Source: Gemmatimonadota bacterium | Lineage (GTDB): Bacteria; Gemmatimonadota; Gemmatimonadetes; Gemmatimonadales; GWC2-71-9 | DNA: 50,143 nucleotides | NCBI GenBank assembly: GCA_039586365.1 | Contig: JBDHKN010000022.1 | Location: forward strand, 1 to 50,143 | Direction: 5' to 3' | Shown: in pieces, positions 27,318-36,441 of the stretch | How the letters are laid out: each line of letters opens with the position of its first letter | How positions within the stretch are numbered: the first letter of the stretch is position 1 | Translations under genes and position numbers: made by a program | The notes under the pieces: model-generated | Told to the model about the DNA's origin: nothing | Databases searched by the model: none | The model's input: the letters and a program-made list of their open reading frames with translations, nothing else

Positions 27318-29000
27318 TTGAAGCCCATTTCGCGTCTTAGCCCGGTTGTCCTTTGCCTGGTCCTCATCGGGTGTGCCGAGGAGGAAGCAAGGATGCCCCC
27401 GATCCTGACCGCCGCCGAGGCGGAGCAGACGACCCCGGGGGCTCGTCCTCCAGCTAGCGTAGCAGCGAGTTACGACGGACTCGGCTTGGGCTTCGAGGGT
27501 CCCCATGGCCCGTCAGTCGGGCGCAACCCCTCGGACAACAGCATCGCCGTGGGACCCAACCACATCGTACAGACTGTGAATTCTCGTTTGGCGATCTTCA
27601 CCAAACAGGGCGAGCGATTCGACACCACAGGCAGAGTCTTGTACGGGGCCGTGCCGACCAACACAGTCTTCCATGGGTTCGGAGGGACCTGTGAAGCCCG
27701 GAACAACGGCGATGCGGTGGTTCGCTACGATCAGTTGGCGGACCGCTGGCTGATCGTGATGCCCATCTTCCGGCGCAGTCCCGAACGGCCCGACCAACCG
27801 GAACCCTGGCAATCCGGAGCGGGCGTCCAGCTCAGCCCACCCGGGGTGTCCGGTCAACCTGGTCCGGCCGCCCCCCTCTTTGTACCACCGCCAGCTCCCC
27901 CCAGCGATCCCGCCGGAGCAGCGACGACGAGTCGGGCCCGGCGAGTACAGCAGACTGCGGAGGAGGCGGGACTCTACTCGATGTGCTACGCCGTGAGCAC
28001 GAGCCCCGATCCGATGGGCTCGTACTACCGCTACGAGTTCCTGCGGCCGCTGTTTCCGGATTACCCGCGCCCGGCGATCTGGCCCGACGGTTATTACGTT
28101 CCGACCAGCACCGGTGATGACGTGGTCCAGAAGCACGCCTGCGTGGTGGATCGCGCAAAGATGCTGGCTGGCGAGCCCGCGACGGAGCAGTGCATAGTCA
28201 TCGACGGCGTGAATTTCCTGAACAACGCCGACCTGGACGGTCGGGCACCGCCACCGGCCGGCGCACCCAACATCATGATGGCCACGGGCGGCACCCAACT
28301 CGAGGGTAGATTCGACGACGACGGCATCTACGTCTGGCAGTTCTCCGTCGACTGGGCATATCCCGACAACACGACACTCTCCGGGCCCGAGAAGATCACG
28401 GTGGCCCCCTACCACTATCTATGCGAAGGGCAACTCACCAACTGCGTACCGCAGCCCGGGACGAGTCAGCGGTTGGATTCGCAGGGCGATAAGATCATGT
28501 CCCGTCTCGTGTACCGGAAGCTGGAAGATCGGGAGTCCATAGTCGCGGTGCACTCCGTTGCCACGACGGCGGGCGGAGGTGGTGTGCGCTGGTATGAGTT
28601 CACGGTGGACCGGGACCGCACGGTATGGCTGCGGCAACAGGGTACCTATGCACCCGAAGGCTTGTACCGCTGGATGGCCAGCCCGGCAATAGACCGTGAG
28701 GGCAACATCGGTATCGGGTATTCCTTCGGAGGAACTCCGCATTTCGCCGGCCAGCGGTTCGCTGCCCGGCTGGCGGACGATCCCCTTGGCGTTCTTACGC
28801 TCAGGGAGACGGTGCTCGTCGAAGGCCAGGCAGCCCAGGAGAGCACGCTGCGGTGGGAGGATTACACCCAGACCGCCGTCGATCCGAGCGACGACTGCAC
28901 GATTTGGTATGTCGGCGACTACTACAAACCGGACGCCACGACCTATTCCACCCGCATTGGAGCGTTCCGACTGGCAGGCTGCTCCCCGGGGGGTGAATGA
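27318..29000 (+). CDS. Uncharacterised secreted lipoprotein (probable beta-propeller, Cys-containing)
   Basis: Inside ORF 27198..29000. TTG start at 27318 after GGAAAGG. Lipobox-like LIGC. Conserved-looking blocks PSDNSIAVGPNHIVQTVN, VRYDQLADRW, FPDYPR, RWMASPAID and RWEDY...DPSDDCTIWY. Confidence 0.8.
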   Translation: MKPISRLSPVVLCLVLIGCAEEEARMPPILTAAEAEQTTPGARPPASVAASYDGLGLGFEGPHGPSVGRNPSDNSIAVGPNHIVQTVNSRLAIFTKQGERFDTTGRVLYGAVPTNTVFHGFGGTCEARNNGDAVVRYDQLADRWLIVMPIFRRSPERPDQPEPWQSGAGVQLSPPGVSGQPGPAAPLFVPPPAPPSDPAGAATTSRARRVQQTAEEAGLYSMCYAVSTSPDPMGSYYRYEFLRPLFPDYPRPAIWPDGYYVPTSTGDDVVQKHACVVDRAKMLAGEPATEQCIVIDGVNFLNNADLDGRAPPPAGAPNIMMATGGTQLEGRFDDDGIYVWQFSVDWAYPDNTTLSGPEKITVAPYHYLCEGQLTNCVPQPGTSQRLDSQGDKIMSRLVYRKLEDRESIVAVHSVATTAGGGGVRWYEFTVDRDRTVWLRQQGTYAPEGLYRWMASPAIDREGNIGIGYSFGGTPHFAGQRFAARLADDPLGVLTLRETVLVEGQAAQESTLRWEDYTQTAVDPSDDCTIWYVGDYYKPDATTYSTRIGAFRLAGCSPGGE

Positions 29001-29001
29001 C

Positions 29002-30906
29002 TCACGGCAAGACGTTCACGTCGATGTAGAACAGGTCTGTGGCGGGTTGCCAATCTTCCAGTGCGCCACCGCGCAGCGATTCCGACTGCCACTCGCTCGT
29101 AGGGTAGATGGTGTGCGCGGTCCCGCCCGACCGAACCTTCAGCGGCATGTCGAAATCCGCCACATCCGCTTGCCACCGGTAGCTCACCGAATCGCCTTCC
29201 GATCGAACCTGTAGGACTGGTAGATCCCAGTGATACAGGTACTGCTCGAACACCGGTCGCAGATCTCTGTCCAGTCGGGTGTTGAAGAAGCTGATCACAT
29301 CGGTCGTCCAGATGTTGTGATACTTGAAGTGCTCGGCGTATTCGCGGAGCAGCGCCCACCAAGTCTCATCGTCATCAATCACGTGGCGCAAAGTGTTCAG
29401 GAACAGCGCTCCCTTGAAGTACTGATCCTGCGTGGGCCAGTGGTTTACTCCCGTAGGCCCAATGATGGGCTCACGGTTACCCACCTTGTTCTGATATCCG
29501 TTTAGATAGGTGATCGCATCGTCGTAACCGAACAGGCACTCCACGTAGACGCCTTCCAGATAGGTCCCCCAGCCTTCGTGAATCCACGCATCGGAGACAT
29601 CATTGGCCGTCACGCTATTGCCAAACCACTCGTGGGCACTCTCGTGAACGATGATGAAATCGAACCGCGTGCTGATGTCCACGCCGGTCCAATCCCTGCC
29701 CAGGTACCCGTTGGTGAACAGGTTGCCGTACGCGACCGCGCTCTGGTGCTCCATCCCCGAGTAGGGAACCTCCACCAACTTGTATCCGTCTCTGGGAAAG
29801 GGGTAATCCCCAAAATGCTGGTTGAAGCACTGCAACATCGGCTTGGCCTGAGCGAACTGTCGCCTGGCATCCGCCAAGTGGTAGGGCAACGCGTAGTAGT
29901 CCAGGGTCAGCGTGCCCAGTGTGTCGGAGAACTGGCTGTAATCGCCGATGTTCACGGACACCGAGTAGTTGTTAATCGGATAGTGTACCTTCCAGCGGTA
30001 CTTCGTCGTGCCGTCTCCCTGGTCTTCCGCACCCATGAACCGGCCGTTCGAGACATCCATCACGTCGGAAGGCACGGTGACACTGATGGTCATGCTATCG
30101 ACTTCGTCGGGCTGCTGGTCCTTGTTGGGCCACCACAGGCTGGCTCCGATCCCCTGACAGGCAGTGAACACCCAGGGATTGCCCAAGGAATCTTCACTGA
30201 AAGTCATGCCGCCGAACCGCCCCGTCTCGACCGGGTGGCCCGAGTAATGGAAATCGATGCTGTACGTCTCACCTTGTCGCAGCGTTTCCGGAAAATCGAC
30301 AAAGACAGCGTTGAACTCACGAGTGTGCGATAGCTCTGCACCGCGAAAGATGATGCTATCGATGACCATGTTCTCGAACAGATCGAGTTGAATACGGCTG
30401 CCGTCTGCGGTCATCGCGAAACGGATGCTATTCGTCCCCGCCACGAATTTCTCTGCCACGTCTACCTTGATGTCGAGGTCGTAGGTCAGGATGTCGTTGT
30501 TCTGCCGGAACCGGCCGTAGTTGCCGCGCAGCGTGTCCGCCCGTTCGAATACCATGCGAGCTTCGCCCGGATTGACCAGTGTCTCATCGTAGACCAACAC
30601 GACTTCGTCGGGGATCGCGGAAGGTTCTAAGTTGCTCGGTTGGTAGTTCTTCGCGTGTATTTCAAGGCCGGCCGCTCCGTATCCGTCCGGCAGTGTCACG
30701 ATGCCGTTGACGTCCGACCGATACACCGTCCTCTCACCGGGCGAGAGAACCAACGCGCCCTCAACAGGGTTTCCGGAGCGCGAGTCCAGCAGTGTCAACC
30801 GGCTGCCCTGATCGCAGCCGGTCAGGATTAGGACCAGGGACACTGTGCAGGTGTACAGAAGTGTCGAGTAAAGTCGGACGTGTTGGGCGTGTATTGGCAG
30901 TTTCAT
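29002..30906 (-). CDS. M1 family aminopeptidase, lipoprotein
   Basis: Inside ORF 29002..31263, ATG 30906. Lipobox-like LTGC, SGMEHQS exopeptidase motif, HESAH...HEG (HExxH-x18-E) and YFKGA. Confidence 0.92.
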   Translation of the reverse strand: MKLPIHAQHVRLYSTLLYTCTVSLVLILTGCDQGSRLTLLDSRSGNPVEGALVLSPGERTVYRSDVNGIVTLPDGYGAAGLEIHAKNYQPSNLEPSAIPDEVVLVYDETLVNPGEARMVFERADTLRGNYGRFRQNNDILTYDLDIKVDVAEKFVAGTNSIRFAMTADGSRIQLDLFENMVIDSIIFRGAELSHTREFNAVFVDFPETLRQGETYSIDFHYSGHPVETGRFGGMTFSEDSLGNPWVFTACQGIGASLWWPNKDQQPDEVDSMTISVTVPSDVMDVSNGRFMGAEDQGDGTTKYRWKVHYPINNYSVSVNIGDYSQFSDTLGTLTLDYYALPYHLADARRQFAQAKPMLQCFNQHFGDYPFPRDGYKLVEVPYSGMEHQSAVAYGNLFTNGYLGRDWTGVDISTRFDFIIVHESAHEWFGNSVTANDVSDAWIHEGWGTYLEGVYVECLFGYDDAITYLNGYQNKVGNREPIIGPTGVNHWPTQDQYFKGALFLNTLRHVIDDDETWWALLREYAEHFKYHNIWTTDVISFFNTRLDRDLRPVFEQYLYHWDLPVLQVRSEGDSVSYRWQADVADFDMPLKVRSGGTAHTIYPTSEWQSESLRGGALEDWQPATDLFYIDVNVLP

Positions 30907-31171
30907 CGGAGCATCTCGAGGATTGGCTGTTCGGTTCCCTCGCGGGGCGCTTAGCGTCTGGGCCGCAAAGATAGGGTTGAACCCCTGCCCGCGCGAGCGT
31001 GGTGGCAGCGACATCGAAGGCAGGCTCGCCTTCTTCAGGGGGGTGGCCGCCAGCACTGACGACACCGTCGATCTGATCAGGACCCTGCACGAGCCGCGCG
31101 GCCTCCACCCACTAATTGACGGCTGCTTGACCCAACAAACACAGCTTGAAGTACACGCACCGGAGGCCAAC

Positions 31172-31915
31172 ATGACACCACTGAATCCCGGCATTCCCGT
31201 GGCGTTCGCCGCTGCCGCCACGCTGTTCGCCGCCGCTTGCAGCGACACCACGGTCGATCCCATCAGCTCTGCGCTGGCCGACTCTCCTGCGGACCAGCCG
31301 GCCCACGAACGGCGGATCCTGATCGATGCTTCGCGCGACGGCGGGGTGTGGTGGTTCCCTCAGGGCGAATCCTTCGATCCTGACGCGCCCCACCAGGGCA
31401 GGGAGTTCGCCAAGTACCTGCGATCCCTGGGCTACGCGGTTGATGAGCTCGGTCGCGACGCCGCCGTAACTAGCCCGCTGCTCGACAAGTATTCGATGGT
31501 CATCCGGGCCGGCGAGTGGGGTCGTGCGCGCGCAGAGGAGCTACGTGCGTACGAACTCTTCCTGCAGCGGCGCGTGACCCTCGTGCTGTTGAGCGATCAC
31601 CGGAACACTGATCCCATTGACGAACTGGCGGAGTCCCTTGGAGTGAAGTTCGCGGGCGCCGTGGAGGGTGCCATTACGATGCTCGGCAACCATCCGATCG
31701 TGCGGGGCATAGAAGGAACCCCCTACCTCGTCGGCGCCGCCGTGACGGATTACGACACAGCCAAGATCGAGATCCTCGGCCAGCTGACTGACGGCACGCC
31801 GGTCATGGGACTGGTACGATCAACGACTGCAAAGATCTTTTTTTGCGGCGACACGAATACCTTGGAGCTGGTGCCGCAGCCTCTGGTGGATAACCTGCTG
31901 GCATGGGGGTTCTGA
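31172..31915 (+). CDS. Hypothetical lipoprotein, possibly class I glutamine-amidotransferase-like (DUF4350-like) fold
   Basis: RBS GGAGG before ATG 31172. Lipobox-like AAAC. RILIDASRDGG, YLRSLGYAVDEL, LVLLSDH and KIFFCGD...LVDNLLAW follow the flavodoxin-like GATase pattern. Confidence 0.7.
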   Translation: MTPLNPGIPVAFAAAATLFAAACSDTTVDPISSALADSPADQPAHERRILIDASRDGGVWWFPQGESFDPDAPHQGREFAKYLRSLGYAVDELGRDAAVTSPLLDKYSMVIRAGEWGRARAEELRAYELFLQRRVTLVLLSDHRNTDPIDELAESLGVKFAGAVEGAITMLGNHPIVRGIEGTPYLVGAAVTDYDTAKIEILGQLTDGTPVMGLVRSTTAKIFFCGDTNTLELVPQPLVDNLLAWGF

Positions 31916-32076
31916 GGGTATGTGTGGACCCCGTGCCCCAGGCGCAACGCTAGGCGCGACGGCGTTGGATCGAGCTGTTGTGGCGGCTCTGCAAAGTTGA
32001 GCCGCCGGCGACTTGCAGCAAGAGACGGTGAACCAGCTGAGACATCGGAGCTCCCAGGGAACTCTCCCGAGGTCCT

Positions 32077-32151
32077 GCTGTAGCCCAGGAACGCCCGACC
32101 AGATACCTGCGCCACCACGCTCTTCTCCTCGCTGATCCGCAGACGGAGCTT
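32077..32151 (-). pseudogene. Possible short remnant of a group II intron reverse transcriptase
   Basis: KLRLRISEEKSVVAQVSGRAFLGYS resembles the RT6-RT7 segment (L.L..N.EKS.V......FLG.) of group II intron RTs. Only 25 codons. Confidence 0.35.
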
Positions 32152-32278
32152 GGTACAATTCGGGCGCGCATCCGAACACCGTCAAGCTTCGATGTTCCTT
32201 CCGCTATCGATTCACCACGGCTACCCTTAGTTTCACTGTGCTCAAGACCCCCTTCTTGACCCTCAAAGCAGACTGCCA

Positions 32279-33712
32279 ATGAAACGCCTCTCGTTCTCAC
32301 TTATCGCCCTGACGTTTCTCCTCCCAGTGCCCGCTAGCGCACAGCAGCAAGAAACCTACGATTACTGGCGCTTCGACCGCGACATGGTCCAGCACGGAGT
32401 ACAGGCGGTGCTCATGTGCAATGGATTGTTCACGTCCGACCGGACGCTCGAGCAGGTCTTCGCTCAGGAGTTGGCCTACCTGCAATACCCCGTTGGCACG
32501 CCGCGCGGGGGAGACTACGTCGTTGACTGGGAGCGCAAAGCTGTGGCCATCGGTGCGCCTGGTGGGACGCCGACCATGCGCGCCGCGTTTCGCACAGGGC
32601 TGGGCTGCGTGATCTTGGCGCCGGACCAGACGTTCGAAGACATCGAGAACCTGCCGATCCTCGACATGCCACCGCCACCGGGGGATCCGGCGACCATCCC
32701 CTGGCCCGACGGGGATCTGGTCGTCGAGGAGCCGCCGCCGGCGAGCGTGGACGCCGCGGCGCTCCAAGCAGCTTCCGACTGGGCGTTCGACCGCGAGTCG
32801 GCGGAGCAGGTAACCCTAAGCCTCATCGTGCTCCACAGGGGCAAGATCATCCACGAGCGCTACGCGCCCGGAGTGAACGCCAACACCAAGACCCGAACCT
32901 GGTCGACAGCCAAGAGCATCGCCGTGACGCTGATCGGCATGCTGGTCGACGAAGGGAGGATGGCGTTGGATGAGCCGCTCGGCTTCGAGTGGCTGCCGCG
33001 CGCGGCGTCGCCCGAAACCGATCCGCGCGACGCGATCACGCTGCGTGACGTACTCAACATGTCGAGCGGCCTGTACACGGTGGACAACCGGGGTCTGGAA
33101 TACGCGACCGGTTCCGGCCTCGCCTACTGGGCCGGGGCCAGTTCGGTAAACGGTGCGCGCAACCGCGGCCTGATTCGCGAGCCGGGAACATTCTGGGATT
33201 ACGAGAACTACGACACCATTCTCGCCGTGTACGCCATGAAACAGGTGCTCGGCGACGACCAAACCTACTTGGAGTACCCGCGGCGCGCCCTGCTCGACAA
33301 GATCGGTATGCGCAACACGCTGCTCTCAACGGATCGTTTCGGCGACTTCATTCTGAGCAGCCAGGTCTACACGACCGCGCGGGACCTGGCCCGATTCGGA
33401 TTGCTCTACCTCCAGTACGGCAGGTGGAATGGTGAGCAACTCCTGTCCGAACAGTGGATCGAGTTCGTGCGGACACCGGCTCCGTCCACGGCGCAGAGCG
33501 GCAACTTCTATGGCGGCCAGTGGTGGCTGGTGCCCGACGACCGTACCGACGTGCCTCACGATGCATACTCCACGGCCGGCAACCGGGGGCAGTATGTGAT
33601 CGTGGCTCCGTCGCACGATGTCGTCATCGTGCGCCGCGGCCTGGACTACGGGCGGCAGGGGTTCAACCGCTGGGACCTGACGCGAGAAGTGCTGCGGGCC
33701 GTCACTCCCTGA
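32279..33712 (+). CDS. Serine hydrolase, beta-lactamase class C / AmpC-like fold, exported
   Basis: Signal peptide, SxxK (STAK), LNMSSGL, YxN (YEN), ARDLARFGLLYL and GNRGQ. Confidence 0.92.
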   Translation: MKRLSFSLIALTFLLPVPASAQQQETYDYWRFDRDMVQHGVQAVLMCNGLFTSDRTLEQVFAQELAYLQYPVGTPRGGDYVVDWERKAVAIGAPGGTPTMRAAFRTGLGCVILAPDQTFEDIENLPILDMPPPPGDPATIPWPDGDLVVEEPPPASVDAAALQAASDWAFDRESAEQVTLSLIVLHRGKIIHERYAPGVNANTKTRTWSTAKSIAVTLIGMLVDEGRMALDEPLGFEWLPRAASPETDPRDAITLRDVLNMSSGLYTVDNRGLEYATGSGLAYWAGASSVNGARNRGLIREPGTFWDYENYDTILAVYAMKQVLGDDQTYLEYPRRALLDKIGMRNTLLSTDRFGDFILSSQVYTTARDLARFGLLYLQYGRWNGEQLLSEQWIEFVRTPAPSTAQSGNFYGGQWWLVPDDRTDVPHDAYSTAGNRGQYVIVAPSHDVVIVRRGLDYGRQGFNRWDLTREVLRAVTP

Positions 33713-33732
33713 CCACAGAGCGAATCGACACT

Positions 33733-36372
33733 ATGAGCAATCTCTCCATACACCATCGCCGGATCGACACACGGTCCATCCTCGCCGGATTCCTATCCCT
33801 CGGACTGGTCGCGCTGTCACCCTGCTCCGCGCGCGCGCAGAACGACTACTTCTTCCCCGATGGTTACGCCTTCGATCAGGCCATTCCGTCGCCGGAGGAG
33901 TTCCTCGGCTACCCCATCGGCACGTTTCACACCCGGCACGACCAGATCGTGGCGTACATGCAGGAGTTGGCGCACCGCTCCGACCGGGCGACGTATCAGG
34001 AGATCGGAATGACATACGAGCACCGGGTGATGCCGGTGCTTACGGTGACCGCGCCGGCGAATCACGCCCGTTTGGAGACAATCCGTGAAGAGCACCTAGC
34101 TTCGCTAGATCGCAACGCGGCTTCCTCGTCGAGCGCCGATCTCCCCGCCATAGTGCATTTGGGTTACGGCGTGCATGGCAACGAGCCATCATCGGGCGAG
34201 GCGGCGTTGCTAGCGGCGTACTGGCTCGTGGCGGGCACTGGGCCGGAGGTCGAGCGCTACCTGAGTGAAGGGATCTTCCACATCGAGCCGACGCTGAACC
34301 CGGACGGGCGAGCCCGGCACACCCATTGGGCCAATTCCAACCGGGCTCAGCCGTTCGTGGCCGATCCACTCGATCGCGAGCACAACGAGGTTTGGCCGGG
34401 TGGACGCACCAACCACTACTGGTTCGACCTCAACCGTGACTGGCTGCCGTTGGTGAATCCGGAAAGCAAAGCGCGTATAGACTTCCATCACAAATGGAAG
34501 CCGCAGTTGGTGACCGACTATCACGAGATGGGGTCGAGCAGCACGTACTTCTTCGAGCCGACCAAGCCCGTAGGATCGTGGAATCCGCTGCTACCGGAGC
34601 GCTTGTACACCGAGATCACCACGATGTACGCGGAGTACTGGGCCAAGGCGCTGGACGCCATCGGATCGATGTACTTCAGCGGCGAGGTGTTCGACAACGT
34701 CTATCCCGGCTACGGTTCTACGTATCCGAACTTCCTGGGAGGACTGGGGCTGGTGTTCGAGCAAGCCAGCTCCCGCGGTCACATTCAGGAGAGTTCACAC
34801 CACGGCTTGATCACCTTCCCGTTCACGATCCGGAACCACCTGCGCACCACTATCGCGACCGTGCAGGCCACGATCGAAAACCGCGCGACGATGCAGCAGT
34901 ACCAGCGCGATTTCTTCGCCTCGGCGATCACTGCCGCGGAGGCGTACAGCGTGAGCGGGTGGGTGTTCGGTGACCCACACGACGCCACGCTCAATCGAGA
35001 GTTCATCGATCTTCTCCTCAGGCACCGGATCGAGGTCTACGATCTCGCGTCGACCCAGCGTATAGGCGACGTCACCTTCGAGCCGGGTAGCGCGTGGGTC
35101 GTGCCCACAAGCCAACCGATGTACCGGCTCGCCCGCTCCATCTTCGAGCGCACCGCGACGTTCGCGGACAGCGTGTTCTACGACGCCTCAACCTGGACAG
35201 TGAGCCTGGCGTACGGGATGCCCGATGCGGGACTCCGGGGCGGACAGCTCCCGACGGGAGCACCGCTCACCGAAGTCCCCACGCTGGAGGGCGCCGGCCC
35301 GGTGGCCCGCAGTTCCATCGCGTATCTGATGGACTGGGCCAATTCCGGAGCGCCGCACGCCCTGCAGGCGATGCAGGCCGCTGGTATCAAAGCTGAAGCC
35401 GCATTCCGTCCGTTCACTGCCCGGACCACCGACGGGGACGTATCGTTTCCACGCGGATCGATCTCCATCCCGCTGAGTGTGCAGAGCCTGAATCCCGACT
35501 CGCTACACTCCGCCGTCCAGAACGCCGCGCGCGAGGCCAACGTCCCCATCCGCAGCGCGGTGACAGGCAAATCTGTCGAAGGGGTTGACCTGGGCAGCGG
35601 GAGCTTCAGACCGGTGCGCGCGCCGCGTGTCCTGCTTCCCATGGGCGAAGGTGTGTCATCTTACGAGGCCGGTCAGCTCTGGCACCTCTTGGACCAGCGC
35701 GTGGCCATGCCGGTGACCAAGGTGGATGTCACCGACCTGGGGCGGGTGGACTGGGCCGACTACGACGTGCTAGTGCTGGTGTCGGGAAGCACGGGCACAT
35801 TTTCGGGCGACCGGCTCGATGCATTGAAGACATGGGTTCGGGGTGGCGGAACCCTTGTGGCGCAGCGTTCGGCTGCGGCCTGGGCTACCCGCAACGGCCT
35901 GACACCCAACATAGACGAACCGGGCGTGGGGAAACCGGCTGAGGAGCAAGAAGCAGATGAAGCAGACGTAGCGCCGCGGCGCGACTACGCCGACGCGAGC
36001 GACTTCGAGGGAGCACAAGCCATCGGCGGGTCGATCTGGCAAGCTGATCTCGATGTCACACATCCAATTGGGTTCGGGTATCTCCGGCGGTCTCTACCGG
36101 TGTGGCGGGACCACAGTCTTTTCTTCGCTCCAAGCAAGAACTCCTACAGTACCGTGGCCAAGCTGGTCGACGAAGACCCACACTTGAGCGGCTACATCTC
36201 CAGCGTCAACCGCCAGCGGCTCGCAGGTTCACCGTCAGTTCTCGTGGATCGGCTCGGGCGAGGCACCGTTGTGCTCTTCGTGGACAACACGAACTTCCGC
36301 GGCTACTGGCGCGGCACTAACCGATTGTTCCTGAACGCGTTGTTCTTCGGGGATCACATACAAGTGCCGTAA
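33733..36372 (+). CDS. M14 family zinc carboxypeptidase with C-terminal class I GATase-like domain, exported
   Basis: Inside ORF 33454..36372. ATG 33733 is 21 bp after the upstream stop. VHGNE, NPDGR, GGRTNHYWFDLNRD, DYHEMG and FEQAS. C-terminal YDVLVL...WVRGGGTLV and NFRGYW. Confidence 0.92.
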   Translation: MSNLSIHHRRIDTRSILAGFLSLGLVALSPCSARAQNDYFFPDGYAFDQAIPSPEEFLGYPIGTFHTRHDQIVAYMQELAHRSDRATYQEIGMTYEHRVMPVLTVTAPANHARLETIREEHLASLDRNAASSSSADLPAIVHLGYGVHGNEPSSGEAALLAAYWLVAGTGPEVERYLSEGIFHIEPTLNPDGRARHTHWANSNRAQPFVADPLDREHNEVWPGGRTNHYWFDLNRDWLPLVNPESKARIDFHHKWKPQLVTDYHEMGSSSTYFFEPTKPVGSWNPLLPERLYTEITTMYAEYWAKALDAIGSMYFSGEVFDNVYPGYGSTYPNFLGGLGLVFEQASSRGHIQESSHHGLITFPFTIRNHLRTTIATVQATIENRATMQQYQRDFFASAITAAEAYSVSGWVFGDPHDATLNREFIDLLLRHRIEVYDLASTQRIGDVTFEPGSAWVVPTSQPMYRLARSIFERTATFADSVFYDASTWTVSLAYGMPDAGLRGGQLPTGAPLTEVPTLEGAGPVARSSIAYLMDWANSGAPHALQAMQAAGIKAEAAFRPFTARTTDGDVSFPRGSISIPLSVQSLNPDSLHSAVQNAAREANVPIRSAVTGKSVEGVDLGSGSFRPVRAPRVLLPMGEGVSSYEAGQLWHLLDQRVAMPVTKVDVTDLGRVDWADYDVLVLVSGSTGTFSGDRLDALKTWVRGGGTLVAQRSAAAWATRNGLTPNIDEPGVGKPAEEQEADEADVAPRRDYADASDFEGAQAIGGSIWQADLDVTHPIGFGYLRRSLPVWRDHSLFFAPSKNSYSTVAKLVDEDPHLSGYISSVNRQRLAGSPSVLVDRLGRGTVVLFVDNTNFRGYWRGTNRLFLNALFFGDHIQVP

Positions 36373-36406
36373 GGCCGCGAATGGGCGCTGATTGACGACC
36401 GCCGAC

Positions 36407-36434
36407 CGGCGCGGATGCGGGCGGGTCCGCGCCG
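36407..36434. terminator. GC-rich hairpin between convergent genes
   Basis: 9-bp stem CGGCGCGGA / TCCGCGCCG with a 10-nt loop. No U-tract. Confidence 0.3.
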
Positions 36435-36441
36435 ACTGCCG

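Noticed and set aside
32279..33712. Antibiotic-resistance beta-lactamase
   Set aside because: SxxK/YxN fold only. The long N-terminal extension and overall pattern fit general serine hydrolases/amidases.
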